Positions 8,258 through 16,224 of a stretch of 64,000 nt of DNA are shown here, in pieces (the first letter of the stretch is position 1; every line of letters begins with the position of its first letter). The stretch covers positions 805-64,804 of the forward strand of contig JAGAYJ010000006.1 of assembly GCA_017940575.1 (NCBI GenBank), given 5' to 3'. The translations under genes were made by a program, and so were the position numbers. This DNA comes from Bacilli bacterium (GTDB lineage: Bacteria; Bacillota_I; Bacilli_A; RF39; UBA660). The notes beneath the pieces were generated by a model that worked only from the letters and a program-made list of their open reading frames with translations, had not been told where the DNA came from and did no database searches.

Positions 8258-10373
8258 AGGAAATAGAGGACCAAAAGAAAAACCAAAAGATTTAAAAAGT
8301 TCGATTAAAAAACTTTTTACTTATTTAAAAAACTTTAGAGTTCTAATTTTTATATCAATCATTCTAGCTACTCTTGGAGCAATTCTATCTATAATAGGTC
8401 CAAATAAATTATCTGATTTAACTGATGAGATAAGTAGTGGACTTGTTATAAATCAAAAAAACATGGAAGAAATATCAAAGAAAGTTACTTCTAATTTAAC
8501 TGAAGATAAAATGCCTATCATAATATCTTCTATTATGATGGATTCAAATATATCAGATACTGATAAATTATCTTTATCAAAATTTGATTTTAAAAATGGC
8601 GATATTAAAACACTTCCTCTTAGTATTCAAAATAAATTATTCAATGAATTTACTTTTAATAAAGAAGTGATAAGTGTTAGTGATCAAGTTGAATTTGTAT
8701 CTATTATGAGTTCTATAAAAACGAGTAAAGATTCTAATTTAATATATTCAAAATTAGATAAATTACCAGATAGTATTAAAAATCAAATCAAACCTAAAAT
8801 GAATTTAAATAATATTAAAAATATAGGAGTATTCTTAATAACTTTATATTTATTAAGTGCATTATTTAATTTAATTCAAGGCTTTATTATGTCAGTTGTT
8901 TCTAATAGATTTGCAGAAGAGTTAAGAGATAAAATATCTGTTAAGATAAATAAACTTCCTCTTAAATATTATGATTCAAAACAAATAGGTGATATATTAT
9001 CACGTATTACTAATGATGTAGATACAATATCTCAATCAATGAATCAAAGCCTATCTTCTCTAGTAGGTGCGATTACATTATTTATAGGTTCAATTATAAT
9101 GATGTTTGTAACTAATGGAATTATGGCTATAGCTGCAATAGTATCATCTTTAATTGGTTTTGTATTTATGTTTATAGTATTATCTAAATCTCAAAAGTAT
9201 TTTTCTAAAAGGCAAGTAGAGTTAGGTAAACTTAATAGTCATATTGAAGAGGTGTATTCAGCTCATAACATAGTTAAAGTGTATAATGGTAAGAAAGACG
9301 CTAAAGAAAAGTTTGATAAGCTAAACAAGTCAGTTTATGACTGTAATAGAAAGAGTCAATTTTTATCAGGACTTATGCCTCCTATGATGGGATTTATTGG
9401 AAACTTAAGTTATGTTGTTGTATGTGTTGTTGGAGCATCACTTGTTATAAATGGTAATATTACATTTGGTGTAATTGTAGCGTTTATTCTTTATGCAAGA
9501 TTATTTACATCTCCACTATCTCAAATCGCACAAGGCTTAACTTCTCTTCAATCAACTGCTGCAGCAAGTGAGAGAGTATTTGAATTCTTAGAAGAAGAAG
9601 AGATGATGGATGAATCTAGCTTAACTAATAAAATAGATGTAAGTAAAGTTAGTGGTAGTGTAGAATTTAGTCATGTTAAATTTGGATATAATCCTGATAA
9701 ATTAATTATAAAAGACTTTAATGCTAAAATTAAACCAGGCAGTAATATTGCAATAGTAGGTCCAACAGGAGCAGGTAAAACAACACTAGTTAACTTACTT
9801 ATGAAATTTTATAATATTACAAGTGGTGATATTAAAATAGATGGTATATCTATTAATTCACTTACACGTGAAAACATTCATGATTTATTTATAATGGTTT
9901 TACAAGATACTTGGGTATTTAATGGAACTATTAGAGATAATGTTAAATATAATAGTAATGCTACTGATGAAGAGATTTGGGAAGCTTTAAAAACAGTTGG
10001 AGTAAGTCACTTTGTAAAATCACTTCCAGGTGGACTTGACTTTGTAATTAAAGATAACGACTCTATCTCACAAGGACAAAAGCAATTATTAACTATTGCT
10101 CGTGGTATGATTAAAGCATCTCCACTTCTAATTTTAGATGAAGCAACATCTTCAGTAGATACTAGAACAGAAGAATTAGTAAGTAGAGCAATGGATAATT
10201 TAACACACGGTAGAACTTCATTTATAATTGCTCATAGATTATCAACTATCAAGAATGCTGATGTTATCTTTGTTATGAAAGATGGAGATGTTATAGAGTC
10301 AGGTTCTCATGATGAGTTGATGAGTAAAAATGGATTTTATAGTGAACTTTATAATTCACAATTTGAAAATTAA
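8250..10373 (+). CDS. ABC exporter, fused permease/ATPase half-transporter (partner 2) with a long insert after TM1
   Basis: Walker A GPTGAGKTT, signature ISQGQKQL, Walker B LLILDEATSSVD. About 130 aa of non-membrane sequence lies between the first and second TM segments. Overlaps the upstream gene by 8 nt. Confidence 0.9.
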   Translation: MPRGNRGPKEKPKDLKSSIKKLFTYLKNFRVLIFISIILATLGAILSIIGPNKLSDLTDEISSGLVINQKNMEEISKKVTSNLTEDKMPIIISSIMMDSNISDTDKLSLSKFDFKNGDIKTLPLSIQNKLFNEFTFNKEVISVSDQVEFVSIMSSIKTSKDSNLIYSKLDKLPDSIKNQIKPKMNLNNIKNIGVFLITLYLLSALFNLIQGFIMSVVSNRFAEELRDKISVKINKLPLKYYDSKQIGDILSRITNDVDTISQSMNQSLSSLVGAITLFIGSIIMMFVTNGIMAIAAIVSSLIGFVFMFIVLSKSQKYFSKRQVELGKLNSHIEEVYSAHNIVKVYNGKKDAKEKFDKLNKSVYDCNRKSQFLSGLMPPMMGFIGNLSYVVVCVVGASLVINGNITFGVIVAFILYARLFTSPLSQIAQGLTSLQSTAAASERVFEFLEEEEMMDESSLTNKIDVSKVSGSVEFSHVKFGYNPDKLIIKDFNAKIKPGSNIAIVGPTGAGKTTLVNLLMKFYNITSGDIKIDGISINSLTRENIHDLFIMVLQDTWVFNGTIRDNVKYNSNATDEEIWEALKTVGVSHFVKSLPGGLDFVIKDNDSISQGQKQLLTIARGMIKASPLLILDEATSSVDTRTEELVSRAMDNLTHGRTSFIIAHRLSTIKNADVIFVMKDGDVIESGSHDELMSKNGFYSELYNSQFEN

Positions 10374-10399
10374 TCAGTACATTGTACTGATTTTTTTAA
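10374..10399 (+). terminator. Rho-independent terminator after the ABC exporter operon
   Basis: Hairpin tcagtaca-ttg-tactga followed by a T-run. Confidence 0.6.
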
Positions 10400-10423
10400 T
10401 AATGACAATGTAATGATAATGCG

Positions 10424-10452
10424 TTGACATATAGAAAATTATAATATATAAT
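10424..10452 (+). promoter_or_regulatory. Consensus sigma-A promoter of the toxin-antitoxin operon
   Basis: TTGACA (10424-10429), 17-nt spacer, TATAAT (10447-10452). Confidence 0.6.
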
Positions 10453-10473
10453 ATTATTTGAAGGAGGGATAGC

Positions 10474-10767
10474 ATGAGTAGTATTCCTGGTACCACTAAC
10501 TTGAATGTTAGAGTAGATTCAACTCTAAAACAAGAAAGTGATATTTTATTTAAGAATTTAGGTTTAAATATGAGTACTGCTATTAATATGTTTTTAACAA
10601 AATGTGTAAAAACATCAAGTATTCCATTCAAAATAGAAGAACCTAAACCAAGTAAAGAATTACAAAAAGCATTAAAAGAAGTAGATTATATGATAAAGCA
10701 TCCTGATAAATATAAAGCTTATAATTCTATTGAAGAATTATTCAAGGATTTAGACAGTAATGACTGA
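10474..10767 (+). CDS. RelB/DinJ-family antitoxin
   Basis: NLNVRVDSTLKQESDILFKNLGLNMSTAINMFLTKCV...IPF is the RelB/DinJ ribbon-helix-helix pattern. Overlaps the toxin gene by 8 nt. Confidence 0.8.
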   Translation: MSSIPGTTNLNVRVDSTLKQESDILFKNLGLNMSTAINMFLTKCVKTSSIPFKIEEPKPSKELQKALKEVDYMIKHPDKYKAYNSIEELFKDLDSND

Positions 10768-11062
10768 TTTAAAAACTAAAACAAAATATAGTATTAAATA
10801 TACTAATGATTTTAAAAAGAATTATAAAAAAATAAAGAAACAAGGTAAGGATGTTTTAAAACTGATGTATGTTGTTGATAAATTAGCTAATGGTGAAAAG
10901 CTAGAAGAAAAATATAAAAATCATTTATTAGTTAATAGTAAGAATTATAAAAATTGTGGCGAATGTCATATTGAGCCTGATTGGTTGTTAGTATATCGTT
11001 ATATAAATGATGAATTATACTTAGTACTTGTTGCTACTGGTAGTCATTCAGAATTGTTTTAA
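10760..11062 (+). CDS. YafQ/RelE-family type II toxin (mRNA interferase)
   Basis: C-terminal ...HLL...CGECHIEPDWLLVYRYINDELYLVLVATGSHSELF matches the YafQ signature (H..L.G....ECHI.PDWLLIY....L.L.RTGSHS.LF). Confidence 0.8.
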   Translation: MTDLKTKTKYSIKYTNDFKKNYKKIKKQGKDVLKLMYVVDKLANGEKLEEKYKNHLLVNSKNYKNCGECHIEPDWLLVYRYINDELYLVLVATGSHSELF

Positions 11063-11066
11063 AAAT

Positions 11067-11091
11067 AGAACATAATATTGTTCTTTTTTTC
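11067..11091 (+). terminator. Rho-independent terminator after the TA operon
   Basis: agaaca-taatat-tgttct followed by a T-run. Confidence 0.6.
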
Positions 11092-11112
11092 ATACAATTA
11101 TTTAGGTGAGTT

Positions 11113-12183
11113 ATGAAAAAGATACTACTATTATTAATTTTACTTATTCCTTTTAACATACGTGCCGTTGATACATCTGCAGAATCAGCTATACTTATGG
11201 ATATGGATTCAAATAGAATTTTGTATGCAAAAAATATAAATAAGCAAAGAAGTGTCGCTAGTATATCTAAGATAATGACTGCTTATCTTGCAGTAGAATC
11301 AGAAAAACTAGATAAAAAAGTAACAATAGGTAGTGAGATAGATAAATCATATGGTTCTGGTATATATATTAAAAAAGGAGAAATACTAACTATTCGTGAT
11401 TTACTTTATGGACTGATGCTTAGAAGTGGTAATGATGCATCTTATTCAATTGCTAAAAACATATCAGGAAGTGTTGATAATTTTGTATCAGAGATGAATA
11501 AAAAAGCAAGTGAATTAAATTTAAAAAATACAATATTTAATAATCCAAATGGACTAGATGAAGATAAAGGAAACTATTCAACAGCTTATGATATGGCAAT
11601 ACTTACAAGTAACGCTATGAAGAATAAAGAGTTTAGAGAGATAGTTAAAACTAAAAAATATAATTTAAAGACAAACATGAATACTTATATATGGCATAAT
11701 AAAAATAAACTTTTAAATATGTATAAATATGCAACAGGAGGAAAAACTGGATATACTAAAATAGCTAAAAGGACACTTGTTAATACCGCAAGTAAAGATA
11801 ATCTAAATTTAGTTGCGGTAACGCTTAACGATGGAAATGACTTTAAAGATCAGATGGACTTATTTGAATATGGTTTTAATAATTATAAAAATTATAATAT
11901 TTTAAAAAAAGGAATAATAGATATTGTAGATGATAATTATTATAAAAAATATGATTTATATATAAAAAATGATTTTACATATCCACTTTCTAATGATGAG
12001 TTAGATTTAATTGTCATTAAGTTTAATTTAGAAAAAATTAGAAATGTAAAAAAAGATATGAAAGCTGGTTATATAAGTGTTTATTTGGGCAATTTATTAA
12101 TTCATAAGGAAGACATTTATATTAATAAAAAAATTAAAAAAAGTTTTAGTTTAAAAAATTTTGTAAAGGATATTTTTAAATGA
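11113..12183 (+). CDS. dacB: D-alanyl-D-alanine carboxypeptidase (peptidase S11), sporulation-type
   Basis: Signal peptide. SxxK (SISK), SxN (SGND) and KTG (KTGYT) motifs. Followed by spmA-spmB as in the Bacillus subtilis dacB operon. Confidence 0.85.
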   Translation: MKKILLLLILLIPFNIRAVDTSAESAILMDMDSNRILYAKNINKQRSVASISKIMTAYLAVESEKLDKKVTIGSEIDKSYGSGIYIKKGEILTIRDLLYGLMLRSGNDASYSIAKNISGSVDNFVSEMNKKASELNLKNTIFNNPNGLDEDKGNYSTAYDMAILTSNAMKNKEFREIVKTKKYNLKTNMNTYIWHNKNKLLNMYKYATGGKTGYTKIAKRTLVNTASKDNLNLVAVTLNDGNDFKDQMDLFEYGFNNYKNYNILKKGIIDIVDDNYYKKYDLYIKNDFTYPLSNDELDLIVIKFNLEKIRNVKKDMKAGYISVYLGNLLIHKEDIYINKKIKKSFSLKNFVKDIFK

Positions 12184-12764
12184 TAAATATAATATGGGGT
12201 TTATTTATAATAACAGGTATTATATATAGTTTGATGACAGGTAATATTGAAGTTATTAACAATGAAATACTTAAAAGTTGTGAAGTAAGTCTTAATCTTG
12301 TTATGCAGATATTTCCAGTTATGGCGCTTTGGCTTGGCATAATGAAAATAGCTGAAGTATCAGGTTTACTTAAAAAATTATCTGAGGCTTTATCTCCAAT
12401 ATTAGGTAGACTATTTCCAGATATTCCTAAAGGACATGAATCTATTTCTTTAATGGCATCAAATATTATATCTAATATGGCAGGGTTAGGAAGTGCTGCA
12501 ACTCCATTTGGATTAAAAGCTATGAAATCACTCCAATCTTTAAATAAAAAGAAAGATACAGCTACTCGTTCAATGATTACTTTTTTAGTCTTAAATACTA
12601 GTGGTGTTACAATTATTCCAACAACTATTATTTCTTTAAGATTAATGTATGGTAGTATTGGTCCCACTGAGATAGTTTTGCCATGCATAATAGCAACTTT
12701 TTTCTCAAGTTTTTTTGGCCTTTTATTTGATAGATATTTAGGTGATAAATATGCAACTCACTAG
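12180..12764 (+). CDS. spmA: Spore maturation protein A
   Basis: Nucleoside-recognition/Gate-type membrane protein. MINIIWGLFIITGIIYS...ATPFGLKAM pattern. Position after dacB. Confidence 0.8.
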   Translation: MINIIWGLFIITGIIYSLMTGNIEVINNEILKSCEVSLNLVMQIFPVMALWLGIMKIAEVSGLLKKLSEALSPILGRLFPDIPKGHESISLMASNIISNMAGLGSAATPFGLKAMKSLQSLNKKKDTATRSMITFLVLNTSGVTIIPTTIISLRLMYGSIGPTEIVLPCIIATFFSSFFGLLFDRYLGDKYATH

Positions 12765-13272
12765 TATGATAATACCATTAATGGTTTTATTTATAATCAT
12801 TTATGGTTTTTTAAAAAAAATAAATATTTATGATGAATTCATAAATGGAGCACTTGAATCATTTGATATGACTTTAAAAATATTTCCTTGTTTGCTTGCA
12901 ATGATATTTGGTGTTAATATTTTTTTAAAAAGTGGTCTAATTGATTTGATATATATAATTATTAAACCCATATTTTTATTTTTAGATATTCCAATAGATG
13001 TATTTCCAATGATGTTAATGAGACCTATTTCAGGCACTAGTACACTTGCTATATTAAATAATATATTTGAGTCTTTTGGCCCAGATTCATATTCAGGTAG
13101 ACTTGCAAGTGTTATACAAGGTGCTACTGATACAACTTTTTATGTTATAACACTTTATTTCGGTAGTATTGGAATTAAAAAAATTAAGTATTCTCTTTAT
13201 GCTGGTTTGTTTGCTGATTTAATTGGTATAATAGCTGCTATTATAGTCACAAAATTATATTTTGGATATTGA
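12751..13272 (+). CDS. spmB: Spore maturation protein B
   Basis: Membrane protein directly after spmA. I prefer ATG 12751 (AGGTGA 5 nt upstream) over the track's GTG at 12742. Confidence 0.8.
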   Translation: MQLTSMIIPLMVLFIIIYGFLKKINIYDEFINGALESFDMTLKIFPCLLAMIFGVNIFLKSGLIDLIYIIIKPIFLFLDIPIDVFPMMLMRPISGTSTLAILNNIFESFGPDSYSGRLASVIQGATDTTFYVITLYFGSIGIKKIKYSLYAGLFADLIGIIAAIIVTKLYFGY

Positions 13273-13317
13273 TAAAAAAAGTCATTTATGATATTCTTAA
13301 TTACGGAGGATGATTGT

Positions 13318-13767
13318 ATGAAGAATGTTTTAAAAACTAGTTTATTAATTTTATCTTTAATGGTTTTATTTACAGGATGTGGTAGTAAAACTAAAACTTT
13401 ATCATGTTCAATGAGTAGTGATGTTAATGCTATGATGTCAATGACTCAAACATTTGACGCTATATTTAATGGTAGTGAATTAACTAATATTAATCAAAAT
13501 ATTAAGATGTCTGTTAAAGATGACTATGTTTCTTATATTGATTCAATGGCTGATGGTGTAAAAGCTCAATATGATACTGTTAAAGATAAAGATGGTGTTG
13601 AATTTAAAGTTGATGTTAAAGATAATATCATTGATACTACTTTAAATGCTGAGTTAAAAAAACTTGATGATGAGGCTAAGAAAAAGCTAAATATTAGTAA
13701 TTATGAATCTGAAACATATGAAAATGCTAAAGCAAGTTTAGAAAAATTAGGTTATACTTGTAAATAA
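13318..13767 (+). CDS. Lipoprotein (YehR/DUF1307-like)
   Basis: Lipobox LFTGC after MKNVLKTSLLILSLMV. The start is moved to internal ATG 13318, since the track's N-terminal extension lacks signal character. Confidence 0.55.
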   Translation: MKNVLKTSLLILSLMVLFTGCGSKTKTLSCSMSSDVNAMMSMTQTFDAIFNGSELTNINQNIKMSVKDDYVSYIDSMADGVKAQYDTVKDKDGVEFKVDVKDNIIDTTLNAELKKLDDEAKKKLNISNYESETYENAKASLEKLGYTCK

Positions 13768-13791
13768 GAATTCTTTTGAATTCTTTTTTTT
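13767..13791 (+). terminator. Rho-independent terminator
   Basis: aagaattc-tttt-gaattctt followed by a T-run. Confidence 0.6.
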
Positions 13792-13830
13792 ATTTTTAAA
13801 ATATGATAAAATTAAATTAGGTGATTTTAA

Positions 13831-14553
13831 ATGGAGAGACTAAATAAATTTATTGCTTCATCTGGTTATACTTCTAGAAGAAAAGCAGATCTTTTAATTA
13901 TAAATGGAAAAGTCAAAGTTAATGGTAAGGTTATAAGAGAATTAGGTGTTAAAGTTGACTCTAATGATTTAGTTACAGTTGAAGGTAATGTTCTTAAAAA
14001 AGAGGAGAATAAAGAATACTTTTTACTTAATAAGCCAAGAGGAGTTATTACTGCTGTAACTGATGATTTAAATAGAAAGACAGTAGTTGATTTAATTGAT
14101 ACAGATAAAAGAATTTATCCGGTTGGTAGACTTGATTATGATACAACAGGTGCTTTAATTTTAACTAATGATGGTGAGCTTGCTAATTTACTAATGCATC
14201 CTAAAAATAATATTGATAAAGTATATATAGCAAAAGTAAAAGGTTTAATTGGTAAGGTGGAAATTACTAAGTTAGAACGTGGAGTTTATATTGATGGAGT
14301 TAAAACATCAAAAGCTAAAGCAAGAATTAGAAAGTATGATAAAAAGTCAGATTCATCAATTGTTGAATTAACTATTCATGAAGGACGTAACCATCAAGTT
14401 AAAAAGATGTTTGAGGCAATTGGATATGAAGTGGTTAAATTAAAAAGAGAAAAAATATCTTTTTTAAGTGTTTTAGATTTAAAATCAGGTGAATATAGAC
14501 AACTTAATATTAAAGAAGTTAAAAAACTTTATAATGATGCATTAAATAGATAA
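13831..14553 (+). CDS. rluB: 23S rRNA pseudouridine synthase, RsuA/RluB family with N-terminal S4 domain
   Basis: RLNKFIASSGYTSRRKADLLI (S4). Catalytic motif VGRLDYDTTGALILTNDGELAN. Also GRNHQVKKMFEA. Confidence 0.85.
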   Translation: MERLNKFIASSGYTSRRKADLLIINGKVKVNGKVIRELGVKVDSNDLVTVEGNVLKKEENKEYFLLNKPRGVITAVTDDLNRKTVVDLIDTDKRIYPVGRLDYDTTGALILTNDGELANLLMHPKNNIDKVYIAKVKGLIGKVEITKLERGVYIDGVKTSKAKARIRKYDKKSDSSIVELTIHEGRNHQVKKMFEAIGYEVVKLKREKISFLSVLDLKSGEYRQLNIKEVKKLYNDALNR

Positions 14554-14572
14554 TTATTTATCTATTTTTTTA
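14544..14572 (+). terminator. Rho-independent terminator overlapping the rluB stop
   Basis: aaatagataa-ttat-ttatctattt (perfect 10-bp stem) followed by a T-run. Confidence 0.65.
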
Positions 14573-14640
14573 TCTAGTTTTGTCGAATCTATTATTTTAT
14601 TTTTATATTGTGATACTCTATATGACCTGAGGTGATATTT

Positions 14641-15420
14641 ATGAATTATTATAATTTAATAAAAGAAGAGTTACTTGATAATGAGATAAATAAAAAAGTT
14701 AAAGATTATTCAAAAAAACTAACTATAGATATAGGCAAAAGATATGATTATTCTTCACTTTAAAGAATGCGTCAGTTTTATTGAAAGTTTAAAAATATTG
14801 CCCCAGTGGAGCAACTATCATGGAGTCATTATAAGATTTTAATTCCAATTAAAGATATTAATAAGATTAATTATTATATTGATCAAATAATTAAAAGAAA
14901 TTTATCAAAAAGAGAGTTAGAAAATATTATAAAAGGAAGAGAATATGAAAGGCTTCCTGATAAAACAAAAGAAAAAATAGTATCTAATGTTGATAATAAA
15001 ATAGAAGATTATATTAAAAATCCAATAATAATAAAAAACAAAAATAATTATGAAGAAATATCAGAAAAAATTTTACAACAAATGATTTTAGAGGATATAT
15101 CATCTTTTCTAAGTGAATTTGGAAGTGGATATGCATTTATAAAAAATGAATTTAAAATTAAAATAGGTAATAATTATATAGATTTACTTCTATTTAATAT
15201 TGAATTTAATTGTTATGTAGTAGTTGAACTTAAAGTAACTGATTTAAAAAAAGAGCATATTGGACAAGTAGAAGTTTATATGAACTTTATAGATAAAAAT
15301 TTAAAGAAAGATAATCAAAATAAAACTATAGGAATTATTTTAGTTAGAAGAGATAATAAATACATAATTGAATACTCAAGTGATTCTAGAATTATATCAA
15401 GAACATTTGAACTTGTATAA
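14641..15420 (+). pseudogene. Decayed DUF1016/YhcG-type PDDEXK nuclease gene (two in-frame stops, shortened N-terminus)
   Basis: A single reading frame gives MNYYNLIKEELL...GKRYDYSSL*RMRQFY*KFKNIAPVEQLSWSHYKILIPIKD...ELKV.... The MRQFY and LSWSHY blocks are hallmark DUF1016 motifs. Stops are TAA at 14761 and TGA at 14782. The track ORF 14806-15420 is only the C-terminal remnant. Confidence 0.65.
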
Positions 15421-15459
15421 ATAATAAAATATTTTACATAATATTTATAGGAGGCAATT

Positions 15460-15993
15460 ATGAAAAAGCTATTTTTAATATTTGTTATTATATTTACTGG
15501 GTGTACTAGTACTTTACTTAATACACCAACAAAAAAAGTTGAAATGTTTTTTAACAAGTATCAATCACTTGATGATGATGTAGTAAGTCAATTAAAAAGT
15601 GTAGTTGATAATGAAATAAGTTTTACTAAAGAGCAGGGACTTAATTATATAGAGATTATGAAAAGACATTATCAGTCTTTAAAATACAAAATAAAAGATG
15701 AAGTAATTAATGGAGATACAGCTATTGTAACTACAGAAATAGAAGTAAATGATTATTCTAAAATATTAAAAGATGCTGATGAATATTTAGAAAAACATAA
15801 AGAAGAATTTATAAAGAATGATAAGATAGATGAAACACTATTTAATGAGTATAGATTGAATAAATTAAAAGATGCATCTGATAGAGTTAAATATACAATT
15901 GATTTAACTTTAACTAAAATAGATGATAAGTGGGAGTTAGATGAAGTTAGTCGAGATAATAAAGATAAGATACAAGGTATTTATTCAAAATAA
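15460..15993 (+). CDS. Lipoprotein, function unknown
   Basis: Lipobox IFTGC after MKKLFLIFVII. Good RBS AGGAGG. Confidence 0.6.
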   Translation: MKKLFLIFVIIFTGCTSTLLNTPTKKVEMFFNKYQSLDDDVVSQLKSVVDNEISFTKEQGLNYIEIMKRHYQSLKYKIKDEVINGDTAIVTTEIEVNDYSKILKDADEYLEKHKEEFIKNDKIDETLFNEYRLNKLKDASDRVKYTIDLTLTKIDDKWELDEVSRDNKDKIQGIYSK

Positions 15994-16015
15994 AAAAGCC
16001 TAATTAGGCTTTTTA
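15993..16015 (+). terminator. Rho-independent terminator
   Basis: aaaaagcct-aatt-aggcttttt. Confidence 0.6.
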
Positions 16016-16224
16016 GTATTTAGAGTATGGAGTTTATATATAAAAAAAATTAGTTTTTAATTGGATTACTTATTTTTATCTCTAGCCTATTCATCTCCTT
16101 TCATTAATAATGATACATTTTAAATGTGAAAAAAATATGTGTTTTTTTTGAAAAATACATATAATACTCACTTTTTTTTTGCTTTTTTTTAGTGTATACT
16201 AGTATATAGAATAAGAGGGATAAT

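Noticed and set aside
11067-11084. AGAACA-N6-TGTTCT hairpins (also at 25631-25648 and 63284-63299) looked like LexA/Cheo-type GAAC...GTTC boxes
   Set aside because: The GAAC/GTTC cores are separated by 8 nt rather than the N4 of the Bacillota LexA consensus. Each is followed by a T-run directly after a stop codon, so they are intrinsic terminators.
14761-14784. In-frame TAA/TGA in the DUF1016 gene as programmed recoding or an alternative genetic code (TGA=Trp)
   Set aside because: TGA and TAA terminate many well-supported genes in this window (for example dacB ends in TGA). There are two different stop codons plus a shortened N-terminus, which fits pseudogenisation.
16060-16120. Tiny - strand ORF (MNRLEIKISNPIKN) with an AAAGGAG RBS in the 230-bp intergenic region left of the block
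   Set aside because: It is only 14 codons with no supporting conservation information, and it cannot be distinguished from chance.
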